Both the position numbers and the translations under genes were made by a program. A stretch of DNA of 64,000 nucleotides from Octopus sinensis (Eukaryota): the NCBI RefSeq assembly GCF_006345805.1, contig NC_043004.1, positions 25,482,001 to 25,546,000 on the forward strand. Direction: 5' to 3'. The notes under the pieces were generated by a model. The model worked only from the letters and a program-made list of their open reading frames with translations, was not told where the DNA came from and searched no databases. Below are positions 23,750 through 34,876 of the stretch, piece after piece. Position 1 is the stretch's first letter. The number at the start of each line of letters is the position of its first letter.

Positions 23750-24172
23750 GGATCTTTTCGGTTTGAACAGCAGTTTTTAACATAATTTCTAGTTAACTAA
23801 AAAATTTTGAACTTCATATACTGGTAGAATGTGTTTATAAGACATCTTTTTCTCTTGGCTTTATTGAGAAAATTCTATAGTTTGTAAGATATTTGTTGTT
23901 TTCTTTTTCTTCAATTTCTGCAATTTCAACCAATCAATTACGTCCATTGAGGTAAAAAACATTCTGTGCCGTATGAATATGTCCCTTGTTTAAGAAACAG
24001 ATTGGGTTTATTTACATTTGTGAAGAAAAAAATATACCCTTCCCCCCACTCCTAACCCTAACTAACCCTAAAACAGATAGAAATGCAATAGATCGATACA
24101 CGGGTCATAATTATGGGTGACAATTTCATATGACACCACTAGAAAAAACTGCCGTTCAAACCGAAAAGATCC
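23750..24172. mobile_element. GGATC-terminated MITE with 8-bp TSD (same family as 7313-7705, opposite orientation)
   Basis: TIRs GGATCTTTTCGGTTTGAAC / GTTCAAACCGAAAAGATCC. Perfect TSD GAAGTTTG at 23742-23749 and 24173-24180. Confidence 0.9.
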
Positions 24173-24338
24173 GAAGTTTGTATTAGAGAACTGGGGAGAG
24201 TGTATGAAAAGGGGTTAGTGTTTTCTTGTGGATAACAAAACTCAAACACCAAAATAAAGAAATTCTGATATTTTTCAAGATAGATGTTGCCTTATACAAC
24301 ATAGTAAAACAAGTTTAGGGTTGCAAGAAAATGATTTC

Positions 24339-26432
24339 TTAAGTTTCACAGTTAATAAGATTCCTTCCAATGTGTTTTTGTTTGTGTCTTTTTAAATAAT
24401 CGTTAGAGATAAATGATTTCTCACATAGTTCACAGCGAAATGGCTTTTCTCCAGTGTGACAACGTATATGGATAACAAGATTCGAATTATTCACAAAGGA
24501 TTTCCCACAGATTTCACACTGGAATGGTTTCTCTCCAGTGTGGATTCTTCTGTGTGCTGCTAAATGACCGTTAGTGATAAAAGATTTTCCACACACATCA
24601 CAGTGGAATGGTTTCTCTCCACTGTGGATCATTCTATGTGTTTTTAAGAGTCCATTAGTAATGAATGATTTCCCGCACATTTCACAGTTGAACGGTTTCT
24701 CTCCGCTGTGTGTTCTTTTGTGACTTGTCAAATAACTATTAGACACAAAAGATTTCGCACACACTTCACACTTGAACGGTTTCTCTCCACTGTGGATCCG
24801 TTTGTGACTTGTTAAGTAACTATTATCAACAAAAGATTTCCCGCATATTTCACACTGATAAGGTTTCTCTCCAGTGTGACTACGTTTGTGGATAACAAGA
24901 TGAGAATTATTAATGAAAGATTTCCCACAGATTTCACAGTGGAATGGTTTTTCTCCACTGTGAATTCTTCTATGTCTGTTTAAATCACTATTATTCACAA
25001 AAGATTTCGCACATATTTCACAGCAGTATGGTTGTTCCCCAGTGTGTATACGTTGGTGAACTGTAAGCTTAGAATTAGAGACAAAGGATTCCTCACAAAT
25101 TTCACAGTGGAAAGGTTTTTCTCCAGTATGTCTACGTATATGGATTGTAAGCTTAGAATTCTCAATGAAAGATTTGCCACAGATTTCACAGTGATAGGGT
25201 TTTTCTCCAGTGTGAATTCTCTTGTGAACAATAAGACCAGAATTAACACAGAAGGATTTCCCACAGATTTCACAATGGAATGGTTTTTCTCCAGAGTGTA
25301 TTCTTTTGTGACTTGTTAAATAATTATTATCAACAAAAGATTTCCCACATATTCCACAGTGAAATGGGTTTTTTCCACTGTGTATTTGTTTATGTGTTTT
25401 TAAGAGACCATTAGTGATAAATGATTTCCGACATATTTCACAATGGAAGGGTTTTTCTCCCGTGTGCCTACGCTTGTGGATGACAAGATTCGAATTTTGA
25501 GTGAAAAATTTCCCACATATTTCACAGTGAAACAATTTTTCTCCAGTGTGTACTCTGATGTGTGCCGTTAACTTACTGTTTGTGATAAAAGACTTTCCAC
25601 AGATTTCACAACGACACGGTTTCTCTCCACTGTGGATTCGTTTGTGCCTGTTTAAATCACTTTTATTCACAAAAGATTTCCCACATATTCCACAGTGAAA
25701 TGGGTTTTTTCCACTGTGTATTTGTTTATGTGTTTTTAAGAGACCATTAGTGATAAATGATTTCCGACATATTTCACAATGGAAGGGTTTTTCTCCCGTG
25801 TGCCTACGCTTGTGGATGACAAGATTCGAATTTTGAGTGAAAAATTTCCCACATATTTCACAGTGAAACAATTTTTCTCCAGTGTGTACTCTGATGTGTG
25901 CCGTTAACTTACTGTTTGTGATAAAAGACTTTCCACAGATTTCACAACGACACGGTTTCTCTCCACTGTGGATTCGTTTGTGCCTGTTTAAATCACTTTT
26001 ATTCACAAAAGATTTCCCACACACTTCACACTTGAACGGTTTCTCTCCACTGTGGATCCGTTTGTGACTTGTTAAATTACTCTTAGATACAAAATATTTC
26101 CCACACACATCACACTGATAAGGTTTTTCTCCAGTATGCATTCTTCTGTGACTTATTAAATTGCTGTTATATGCAAAAGACTTGCCACAAGCTTCACAAT
26201 GATACGGCTTTTCCTTATTGTGTATTTCTTTATGACTGAACACTTCATGTTCCGAAGAGAATGTTTTCTTACAAATCTCACAGCAATATTCAGAAATATT
26301 TCTATTTACTGATGTCTTTTCGTTAAATGTTTCACTTGCTAAAGGTTTCTCACCACTGATTGTCTGTGTAATTGAGTCTACATTGTTAAAAACAGTTATG
26401 TTAGAAGTGTCCAACTCACTAATTTCCTCCAT
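24339..26432 (-). CDS. Polydactyl C2H2 zinc-finger protein, 697 aa, 48-aa leader plus 23 fingers; paralog of 2925-4934
   Basis: Uninterrupted ORF. The leader is 35/48 identical to the + paralog, and the first finger and C-terminal ...ET* ending are shared. Confidence 0.95.
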   Translation of the reverse strand: MEEISELDTSNITVFNNVDSITQTISGEKPLASETFNEKTSVNRNISEYCCEICKKTFSSEHEVFSHKEIHNKEKPYHCEACGKSFAYNSNLISHRRMHTGEKPYQCDVCGKYFVSKSNLTSHKRIHSGEKPFKCEVCGKSFVNKSDLNRHKRIHSGEKPCRCEICGKSFITNSKLTAHIRVHTGEKLFHCEICGKFFTQNSNLVIHKRRHTGEKPFHCEICRKSFITNGLLKTHKQIHSGKNPFHCGICGKSFVNKSDLNRHKRIHSGEKPCRCEICGKSFITNSKLTAHIRVHTGEKLFHCEICGKFFTQNSNLVIHKRRHTGEKPFHCEICRKSFITNGLLKTHKQIHSGKNPFHCGICGKSFVDNNYLTSHKRIHSGEKPFHCEICGKSFCVNSGLIVHKRIHTGEKPYHCEICGKSFIENSKLTIHIRRHTGEKPFHCEICEESFVSNSKLTVHQRIHTGEQPYCCEICAKSFVNNSDLNRHRRIHSGEKPFHCEICGKSFINNSHLVIHKRSHTGEKPYQCEICGKSFVDNSYLTSHKRIHSGEKPFKCEVCAKSFVSNSYLTSHKRTHSGEKPFNCEMCGKSFITNGLLKTHRMIHSGEKPFHCDVCGKSFITNGHLAAHRRIHTGEKPFQCEICGKSFVNNSNLVIHIRCHTGEKPFRCELCEKSFISNDYLKRHKQKHIGRNLINCET

Positions 26433-27360
26433 ATTAATTCTTGAAGAATTCTTAGAAACTGAGAAATGTCTGCAACTATAATATATTGTGGTTCAGTTTC
26501 TCGCTTTGGATACCATGGTCCTATGTTTATGCGTGAGGGAAATATATAATGTACTGTTTACTTACCACTAAAATATTTGTTACTAACTGGATCCTCTCCC
26601 AGTGGCACACATACTGTAGGCAAAAACACTTCTATTTCTATGTTAATAAATGCAGATATGGTTAATGTATGTTATACAGGCTAAAACATAGAGAATCCAT
26701 AAATAACTGGTAACCAACTTTCTGGTGGAAACAGTCTTCTATAACAAGTTGTAATGGTTCACTGCTAGCACAGCTGTAAAGTAAGAAAAGATAGAATGGC
26801 ATAAGACTGAGGTTGGGTTAAGAAAATGTGAAGCATGTGTGTGTGTACATATGTATGTGCAAGTGTAATCATAATATATCGGGTTTGTTTACTGTCTATA
26901 GTAGAATGTGTAACAAAGCTGATAACCAAAAGGTTAATATTTAGTTTAACTCCAGGTCACCAAAACAAAAAACATCCAGTCTAATAGGGGTAAGAAAAAA
27001 TGTGTAGAAAATGAATACGAAAATAAAAATTTGCACAAATGAAAGGGTGGATGGGGAGATGGCTTTCGGAAAATTCACACAATCTGATTTTTCCCTCATA
27101 ACTTTCAGGAAAATGGATATCTGTTAATGAAATTCTATAAAAAAAATACCATTCAAATGGCATAGATGATGATTATAAAGAAATCTGTAGGGAAAATCTT
27201 TTCCGAAGGGGTGGGGAGAAGACTGTCAGAAAATTCACATGATCCAATATTTTCCCTAACTCGTAGGATCTAGTTTAGCACCCCAGTCACTAAATAAAAA
27301 AAGTCTAATAGGTGTAAAAAAATGTGTAGAAAACAAATATGAAAACAAAAAATTGCAGGT

Positions 27361-27397
<37 letters not shown>

Positions 27398-27400
<3 letters not shown>

Positions 27401-28675
27401 GGTGGGGAAGCAAAATTTACAATGTTTTGAGGCAGGGATTGAAAGACAGTGTATGACCAATTAGTTTATTGAAAGTCATGAGAATTTATTTGCCACAAGA
27501 AAATTTACATAATAGAAAATGTTTTTATTCTATGTGTCCCCCTTCTTTCTCAATAACTGCCTTCACACGCTTCCTGAAACTTGCACGAGTGTTCCTCAAA
27601 TATTTGGGAGACAACTTCTCCCATTCTTCTTTAAAAGTATCTTTAAGAGAGTCGACATTGCTGTGTGATGTTCTATTGGTAGCATGTTCTAAAACGCCCC
27701 AAATAGCAAAATCCAGAGGGCTAGAAGGCAGCCATAAACATGATTCCAAAAAATTGCTAAAGTTGGATTTGCAGAAATCTTGTATTTTTCAAGCTATGTG
27801 GGCTGAAGCACCATCCTGTGTCCATACATAATTGCCATCTGGGTAGTTTGCTTTAAGCCATGGCAATACCTGGTATCTCAGAGTCTTGTAGTAAATATTA
27901 ACATTGATCTTTTCATCAGCTTTGTAGAATTTTATAAGCATTTTCTTTCCATCGGAAGCCACAACACCAAAAGCCATAACTTGAGCAGGATGTTTTGTTT
28001 TGAATGTCCCCTTAACTTCAGCTGTCGATTTTGCGATAAACCTGTCATTTCTGCGGTTCAGAACAGCATCGACAGTGAAGATCTTTTCAGATGAAAAGAT
28101 CGTTACAATGGAGGACTTTTTCTTGAAACATGTAATAATTTTCTTGCACCTTTCCAATCTCTTTTCCTTCATAGCTGTTGTCAACAAGCGTTTTGGTGTT
28201 CTTGTGTAAGATTATAACCTCAAATCATATTTTATTGCATTTCTAATTGTCTTGTTGTCTACCTCAAGTTCAATTGCCATTTTTCTCATGGATTTGGTTG
28301 AATCCTTTAGGATTTGGGATTTGAGAGCTTTAATAAAAGCTTTGATACATTTTTTGTTGATTCTTCCACTTCCAGACTTCCTCATAATAGTTTTGCTCAT
28401 AGTCATTCTATTCTTTACATTATAAACAGTCTTTATGGACACTCCAACTATTCTTGAAATCTCATTTGATGTGATGAGTGCATTCAGAAAATCACACAAT
28501 CTTTGACTTTTGCTTTTTTGATTACTCATATGGGCAAAAGTTTCTGAAAAGGTAATGATAATAGTGTTAGGTATGATTATGACACCCATATATGTTAGGT
28601 TTCAAAACAATTGACTTAGTGCCTGCTGAGAAAAAACAACTTAACGTCCATTGTAAATTTTGCTTCCCCACCCTG
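27398..28675 (-). mobile_element. Full-length but inactivated Tc1/mariner element, maT (DD37D) type
   Basis: Perfect 27-bp TIRs CAGGGTGGGGAAGCAAAATTTACAATG. Transposase pieces 28212-28589, 27789-28187 and 27525-27749 with QDGA and WLPSSP-LDFAIWG. Spacing is DD37D if a deleted DLNP is restored. In-frame stops present. Confidence 0.9.
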
Positions 28676-28729
28676 CATATAATATAAATAATATATAAAT
28701 ATATGCATATATACATACATGTGTATACT

Positions 28730-31636
28730 GGCCCCAGACATCTCACTCTGGCTTGTCTCTGGATAATGTCAATAGGGTGGGGAGGGTCTATGAGGTGTCA
28801 TGAAAGTCTTATTGGACCTAAAACTCTGCACAGGCATTGCTGACCTCTGCTTGATATGTGCTGCTTTTTTCTTCCTTATATATATATTTATCTTATTCTC
28901 AGTATATATCTTTATTTTTAGTATATATTTATTTCATTTTTATTTGGAAGTCCTGCGGTAATGGGATGATGGCAAAGCATGCAGACAAGAAGGCTTGGAA
29001 GCATGTAGTCAGCGACCTGGATGTAGCTGGTCCGTGCTGGATATAACGTCGTCTCCTTGTCACCCAAGACAGCAGTAAGATTCAGTTGCTACATGGGTGT
29101 CTGAACAGCTCCATTTGGAGAGGGCACTGCTCACCCAAAGGCCGGGGAGGTTCTAGAAAAGGTGAACCAAAAATTGCCTGTCTTTCTTTATCTGGTCAGT
29201 TTAGCGTGAGTAATGTTCCAGATGATGATTAGAGTGAAAGAGAGAAGTGGGTCAGTTGGCATTCCTTGGTGTCTGAATGTCCACAAGATATATGATGCTA
29301 TGTTGAGGAAAGCACTTCAGACTTGTTTGTCCAGCATTGAAAATACTACAGTATGGAAAGATTTTTGAGACCAGGTTCTTCAATGTGCTACTGAAACACT
29401 GGGATATATTACTGCCAGATACAGAGACTGATCTGATGAAAATGATGGCAACTATTGGTTGTAAAGTGCCAAGCCCACAATGTATTGCTGCACAGAGGAC
29501 TTTCAGCTGCGCAGAGAAATCTAACACTTGCCCACTATAGCAGTGTAAAATCACTCCTGCAGCAACACTTGGTGGGAGGACCTTGCTCATGATATTCAGG
29601 CTGTTGCTGATGCAAATGACAGCAAGAAGCTTTACCATCTTATGAAGCAAGTTTATGGGTCTAAGAGCTCTGCATCAGTTCCTTTGCTTTCAAAGGAGTC
29701 TTCTACTCTATTTGCTAAATCAAAAGAAATCACAGGTTGCTGGATTGAACACTCCTCTGAACTCTTAAACCATGAGTCAGTTGTGGATGAAACAGTGATT
29801 AATACTATGCAACTTATCATTGGCTCCTTAAATTCCATGCCTTTAATAGATGAGGTAATGAGAGCAAATGTAAACTGAATCTTGGTAGAGCACCTGGAAG
29901 GGATGGAATTTATGCTGAGGTCTTGCGATTTGGCAGTGATTACAGTCCCTTCATGAACATAGTGTAGACTGGAGGGATGGTGCAATGCCCAAGGACTGGA
30001 AGGATGCAATTATTCTTCCTCTCTATAGAGGAAAAGGAGCCAGAATAATGTGTGGTAACTAGAGGTATTGCTCTACTATCAACTGTTGACAAGGTCCTGG
30101 CAAATATTCTTCTTACCCGCCTGAATGGGTGTCTTGTAAATGATGTCCTATTTGAATCTCAATGTGGTTTCCAATCTGGTAGAGGGACAATGGATATGAT
30201 TTTCACAACAAAACAGATGCCGGAGAAGTGCTATGAGCAGAATATGGATCTTGTCCAAGTATTCATTGATTTAATCTTTGATACTGTAAATAGGACCTTG
30301 CTATAGAAAATATTTGGCAAACTTGGATGTCTGGGTCACTTTGTATCTATAATTCATGATGGGAATGAGGCTTGGGTCAATGTTGGTGGTGGCATGGCAG
30401 GACCCATTCCTGTAGAGAATGGTATCAAGCAGGGTGACATCCTTGCCCCAACACTTTTTTCTTTGTACTTTGCTGCTGCTTTTACTCATGCTTTTGCTAA
30501 GGTTAGCTCTTTGGGAATATATGTCCGGTATTGATCTTCTAGCTGCCTCTTTAATCTGCACCGATTTGCTGCCAATTCAAAAGTTTTCCAGTCTCTTATT
30601 TGTGACCTCCTTTATGCAGATGTCTGTGACTTATAGTTCCTAATACAGTGGATGACATGCAAATACTTATGAATCATATTTCTGCTTCTTGCAAATCATT
30701 TGGACTCAGAATTAACCTGGAAAAGACTGTTGTAATATTCCAGCCTGCACCAGAAAATCCATAAGTGGAACCAGCTATCTTGGTTGAAGGAACAATACTG
30801 AAAGTGGTAGACAAGTTTGTCTACCTGGGCAGCACACTCAGTCGTTCTTGATCCCTGGATGATGAAATATCTTTCAGGCTGCAGAGAGCAACTGATTCCT
30901 ACTGGTCTCTTCAGTCTCGCATCTGGTCCCAGCATGGTATCACAAGGCAAACAAAAATTGCTGTGTACTGTGCATGTGTACTGACATCACCCCTTTACTC
31001 ATGGGAGACATGAACTCTTTACAAATGTCATATAAAGGTCCTTGAACGCTTTCATCAGAGATGTCTGAGACACATTCTGAATGTTGGCTGGACCTTAAAA
31101 ACTCCAGACATACAAGTCCTAAGAAAAGCTGATATCTTGAGTATTGAGGCAATGGTGCACAAGCACCAGTTACGTTGGACTGGACACCTTATTAGAATGA
31201 AGGATAGCAGGATCCCTAAACAGATGCTATATGGGGAATTTGTTAGTGGAAAGAGACCCTGGTAGAAACCAAGGCTGTGATTTAAGGACTGTGTCAAGTC
31301 CTCATTAGAGGCTTGTGATATGCTGAAGACTGACTGGGAGAACAATGCCTGTTATTGCCACAGATGGAGGAAGCAGGTTAAGGAGGGGGTTGACACCTTT
31401 GAAATAGCATGTATTCTTCATGAAGAATTTAAGCATGCTGCTCAAAAGTGTACTGCTAGAGTAGTGAATAGGGAAAGCTTGGTTTGCAATGCTTGCAGTC
31501 TTGCATGCCTGTCAAGAGCAGGGCTCATTAACCACCAATAGAGCCACAAATGCAAAATATAAGTTAGTCCTAGAGCATACAATGTTCCTAAAGGTCAGCA
31601 AAGGTCTTCCTTGGTCACAAGTGGACGGCCATCATA
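28730..31636 (+). mobile_element. Decayed RTE/BovB-like LINE with internal deletion
   Basis: RGIALLSTVDKVLANIL, ESQCGFQSGRGTMDMIF, GIKQGDILAPTLFSLYF, LLYADV, and a C-terminal zinc finger CNACSLACLSRAGLINHQ. Many stops. Confidence 0.85.
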
Positions 31637-32529
31637 TGTATATATTTTCCCCCACACAAATTTCCTTATAATCGTGATCTATGCCATTTGAAAGATGTTT
31701 CAGTAAAATTTCATCAGAACACATCCATTTTTTCCCTCATATTAAGGGAAAAAATCGGATCGTATGAATTTTCTGAAATCCTCTTCTCACCCCTTTGGAA
31801 AACATTTTCCCCCAGAAATTTCAGTAATTTTTTTTACCATTTTATAATCAAAATCTATGCTGTTTGAACGGTATATATATCCATTTTCCTGAAAGTTATG
31901 AGGGAAAAATCGGATTGTGTGAATTTCCCAAAAGTCCTCTCCCCACCTCCACGTAAATTTTTGTTTTCATATTCATTTTCTACACATTATTTTAAACTTA
32001 TTAGACAGTTTTTTTTTTGGTGCCCAGAGTTAAACTATATATTAACCAATCAAAATAATAAAAGCCAAATGAAAAGTCAAGAATGACGAGAGAAGTTCTT
32101 GGCTTATTTACCTGTCTGCTTAGTGACAAAATATTTTATCAGGACGTTGATAGAACACCAAGTTGCTCTACATAAATATGTACCTTAAACATGTACATTA
32201 CAATATGTTATTCCCATATATTAATGCTCACCTGAGATAATTACTATAAATGATTACAAATTAGCCAAACTCAGAGTTGGCAGTATTGTTGATAATTTTT
32301 CCCTTACTTTAACTCGGTCTTTTTTTTAGGACTAGAAGGATAATCCATCATACTTCTGCAACACCTGTATTTTTCTGAGATATCTTTAGTTAATCATCAA
32401 GACTGGTGTGTCTTTCAAACATTACACCTACTGTCTGATGTACAGTGTGAAAATTTTGAGGGAAAGGATACACTCAGTTTCATCTGTTATTCAATCAAAA
32501 ATTTTTCGGTAAGTAGTACTTATGTCCAA

Positions 32530-34876
32530 CCCATATTTATATATAGTATAAATAATTGTCCTAACTGTTCTATAAAGTCAAGAAAATCTTTGAAAGTAAT
32601 TTTGCTCAAATATAGCATGCTCTAAAAGTTTGGTCCTAATATAAGGACCATGGTCACTAGACCTCCATTTTTTCCATTTTCTATGGATGTTGCATAAAAG
32701 AGAAAATGGTTTGCAGGGGCAAACTTTTTTATGCTGAGAACATTTTCTATGTATAGACAGCTGTGAAAAATGTATATTTTTCATTTGTTATTCTTATTTT
32801 CAGATACTCTCCCATGGCTTTCTACCATTCAGTCAAGTCATTCTATTCAGTTCAAGATGCAATAAATTATGCAGAAGAAAACGAGCCTCCTAGTGATATT
32901 GTTGAAATTCCTCCACCAGTAAATGAACTGATGAAAAAGACTTTGATATTGAGATTTTATATGATGAGAACAGAGCTCCGACTTTTATCTTGCAGGATGT
33001 GCCAGGAAGGGTTGAACTTCATTGGTATGATAATGAAGAACACAACCAAAAGGAAGAAAAAAAAAAAAACTTCAGATTTCTCTTAGAAGAAGACTGTGCC
33101 TAAATTTTCAAAATTTGCATCACCAACAACTGATGGAGCAGATGAAAGAATGAACTCAATGAAAGATAAAGTACTTGGTGAGAGACCAGTTGAGATTTTT
33201 GAACTTTTCCGTGATAAAGATTTACTAAATGAAATTTGCAGAGAATCTGGCACTTAACCCACACAGAAAAATGTACATGATTTTAGTCTGTCAACAAGCT
33301 GTCAGAGAAATTTCATTGGAATCCTACTTTTTCCAGGATACCACAGACTACCAAGTGAACAGCATTATTGGAGTGTGTCTGAAAACCTTGAAACTCTGAT
33401 TATTCAAAAAAATAATGCCAAAAAACAAATTTCTAAGCATCAAAAGGTTTCTTCATTTCGTTCACAATGAAAATGCAGAAAACAACAAAGATGATAAAGG
33501 ATTCAAAATTAGACTGCTAGCTGATTGCTCTGAATCAGAAGTTCAAGCAGTTTGGAATATTCTCTAAGAGACTGTCTGTAGATGAACAGATAGTAGGATA
33601 CTATGGAAGAAGCTCCCTAAAACAATTTATAAGAGGTAAGCCATTAATATTTGCTTCCAAGCAATGGATACTTTGTTGTGCCACTGCTGTTTTCGAATGT
33701 TGTAGCTATTGTTTTTGAATGGATTTATATCAAGGAAAGCAAAAAAATCTTACTTCCAATACCAAGAACGATGACAGTCTAGGTTCAAGAGTGGTTAACC
33801 CCAATGATCATGAAATTTATGTTGATAACTTTTTCTCAAGTTCTAACCTTATTTGTACAAATGAAGTCCTTAGGAATCAGAATCACGAGTACAGTGCATT
33901 CAAATAGAACATCCAGATGTACCCTGAAGGATGACAGGTCTATGAAAAAGGAAAATTGTGGCTCATATGACTACAAATTTGAAGAAAAGTAAGAACTCTT
34001 TTTTTTTTAAATGACATGACAACAGTGTTTTCACAATTGCAAGCAATCATCAGTCTGCCACCCCTATTGGGAAAGCTAAGAGATGGTCAACCAGTCATAG
34101 AAAGGAAATATTTGTTCCTCAGCCATTTCTCATATCCGAATATAACAAATATATGACTTATCCGAATGTATCGCATCACTGTTACATCTAAGAAGTGGTA
34201 CTTTAGTCTATTCACAAATTTCCTTGATACTATAATGGTTAATTCCTGGATTGCATATTGTTTTGTGAATGGAAATACTTTGATATTACTAGATTTCAAG
34301 AGGTCAGTTACACAAGCTTATTTGGAGTTAGCCTCAGATTCTGATCCCAAAAATTCAGGATGACCAAAGATATTTTCTTCAAAAGTAATACCAGAAATTA
34401 GATTTTCTACTACTGGACATATTCTTGATAGAGGGAAGGAAACAAAGAAAACGTGCCTTTTGCAAAAAAAAAAGAGTTTCAAAACAATGTGTAAAACGTG
34501 ATGTTAGTCTTCATATAGGTGAATATTTCAACAAATGGCATTTGAAGTAATCTGTATTTAGATTGTTCAGAAAAAAATTACTTTTTATTCTTTTTTTTTC
34601 AAGTAATATGCATTTCATTTGAATTAATAGATAAATAAAAGTACTTTTTTATTTATATTTTCCTTTTTGAAATCAAGTATTCTATTTTAAAAATCCTGTT
34701 TTTTGAACAAAAGTACCCCATATTCCCATGGTCCTAAAAAAAAGGACCAAACTAAAAATGTATTTTCTTCTTAGAATATTGTGATAATATTTTTTATGTA
34801 TATTTAGAATCAAAGTTGTATGAAAAAAGGATTTTTGGTAATAAATTAAAGAAAAAAAAATTTGGGCACTAATGGG
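32530..34876 (+). mobile_element. Decayed piggyBac element (PGBD3-like transposase pseudogene, ATG at 32814)
   Basis: SVDEQIVGYYGRSSLKQFIRGKP, IYVDNFFSS and a C-terminal Cys-rich tail. Subterminal inverted repeats AGTTTGGTCCT..AGGACCATGG at about 32628 and 34720. Right end GGGCACTAATGGG|TTATAA; left end degenerate. Confidence 0.8.

Larger units (their letters stand above)
26932..32047. mobile_element. Composite foldback-type (Merlin-like) element with 330-400-bp modular TIRs carrying nested maT and RTE insertions
   Basis: The left end GGTTAATATTTAGTTTAACTCCAGGTCACC and the right-end reverse complement GGTTAATATATAGTTTAACTCTGGGCACC are collinear for about 330 bp. Flanks AACCAAAA (26924-26931) and AATCAAAA (32048-32055) give a 7/8 TSD. 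Confidence 0.7.

Noticed and set aside
24050-24072. Telomere-like CCCTAA repeats (also about 1733, 7415, 57370)
   Set aside because: Only one to three imperfect units, all internal to MITE family members; not an interstitial telomere.
28950-29250. HDV-like ribozyme in the BovB-like 5' UTR
   Set aside because: Expected from some RTE families, but I could not assemble the nested double pseudoknot by eye.
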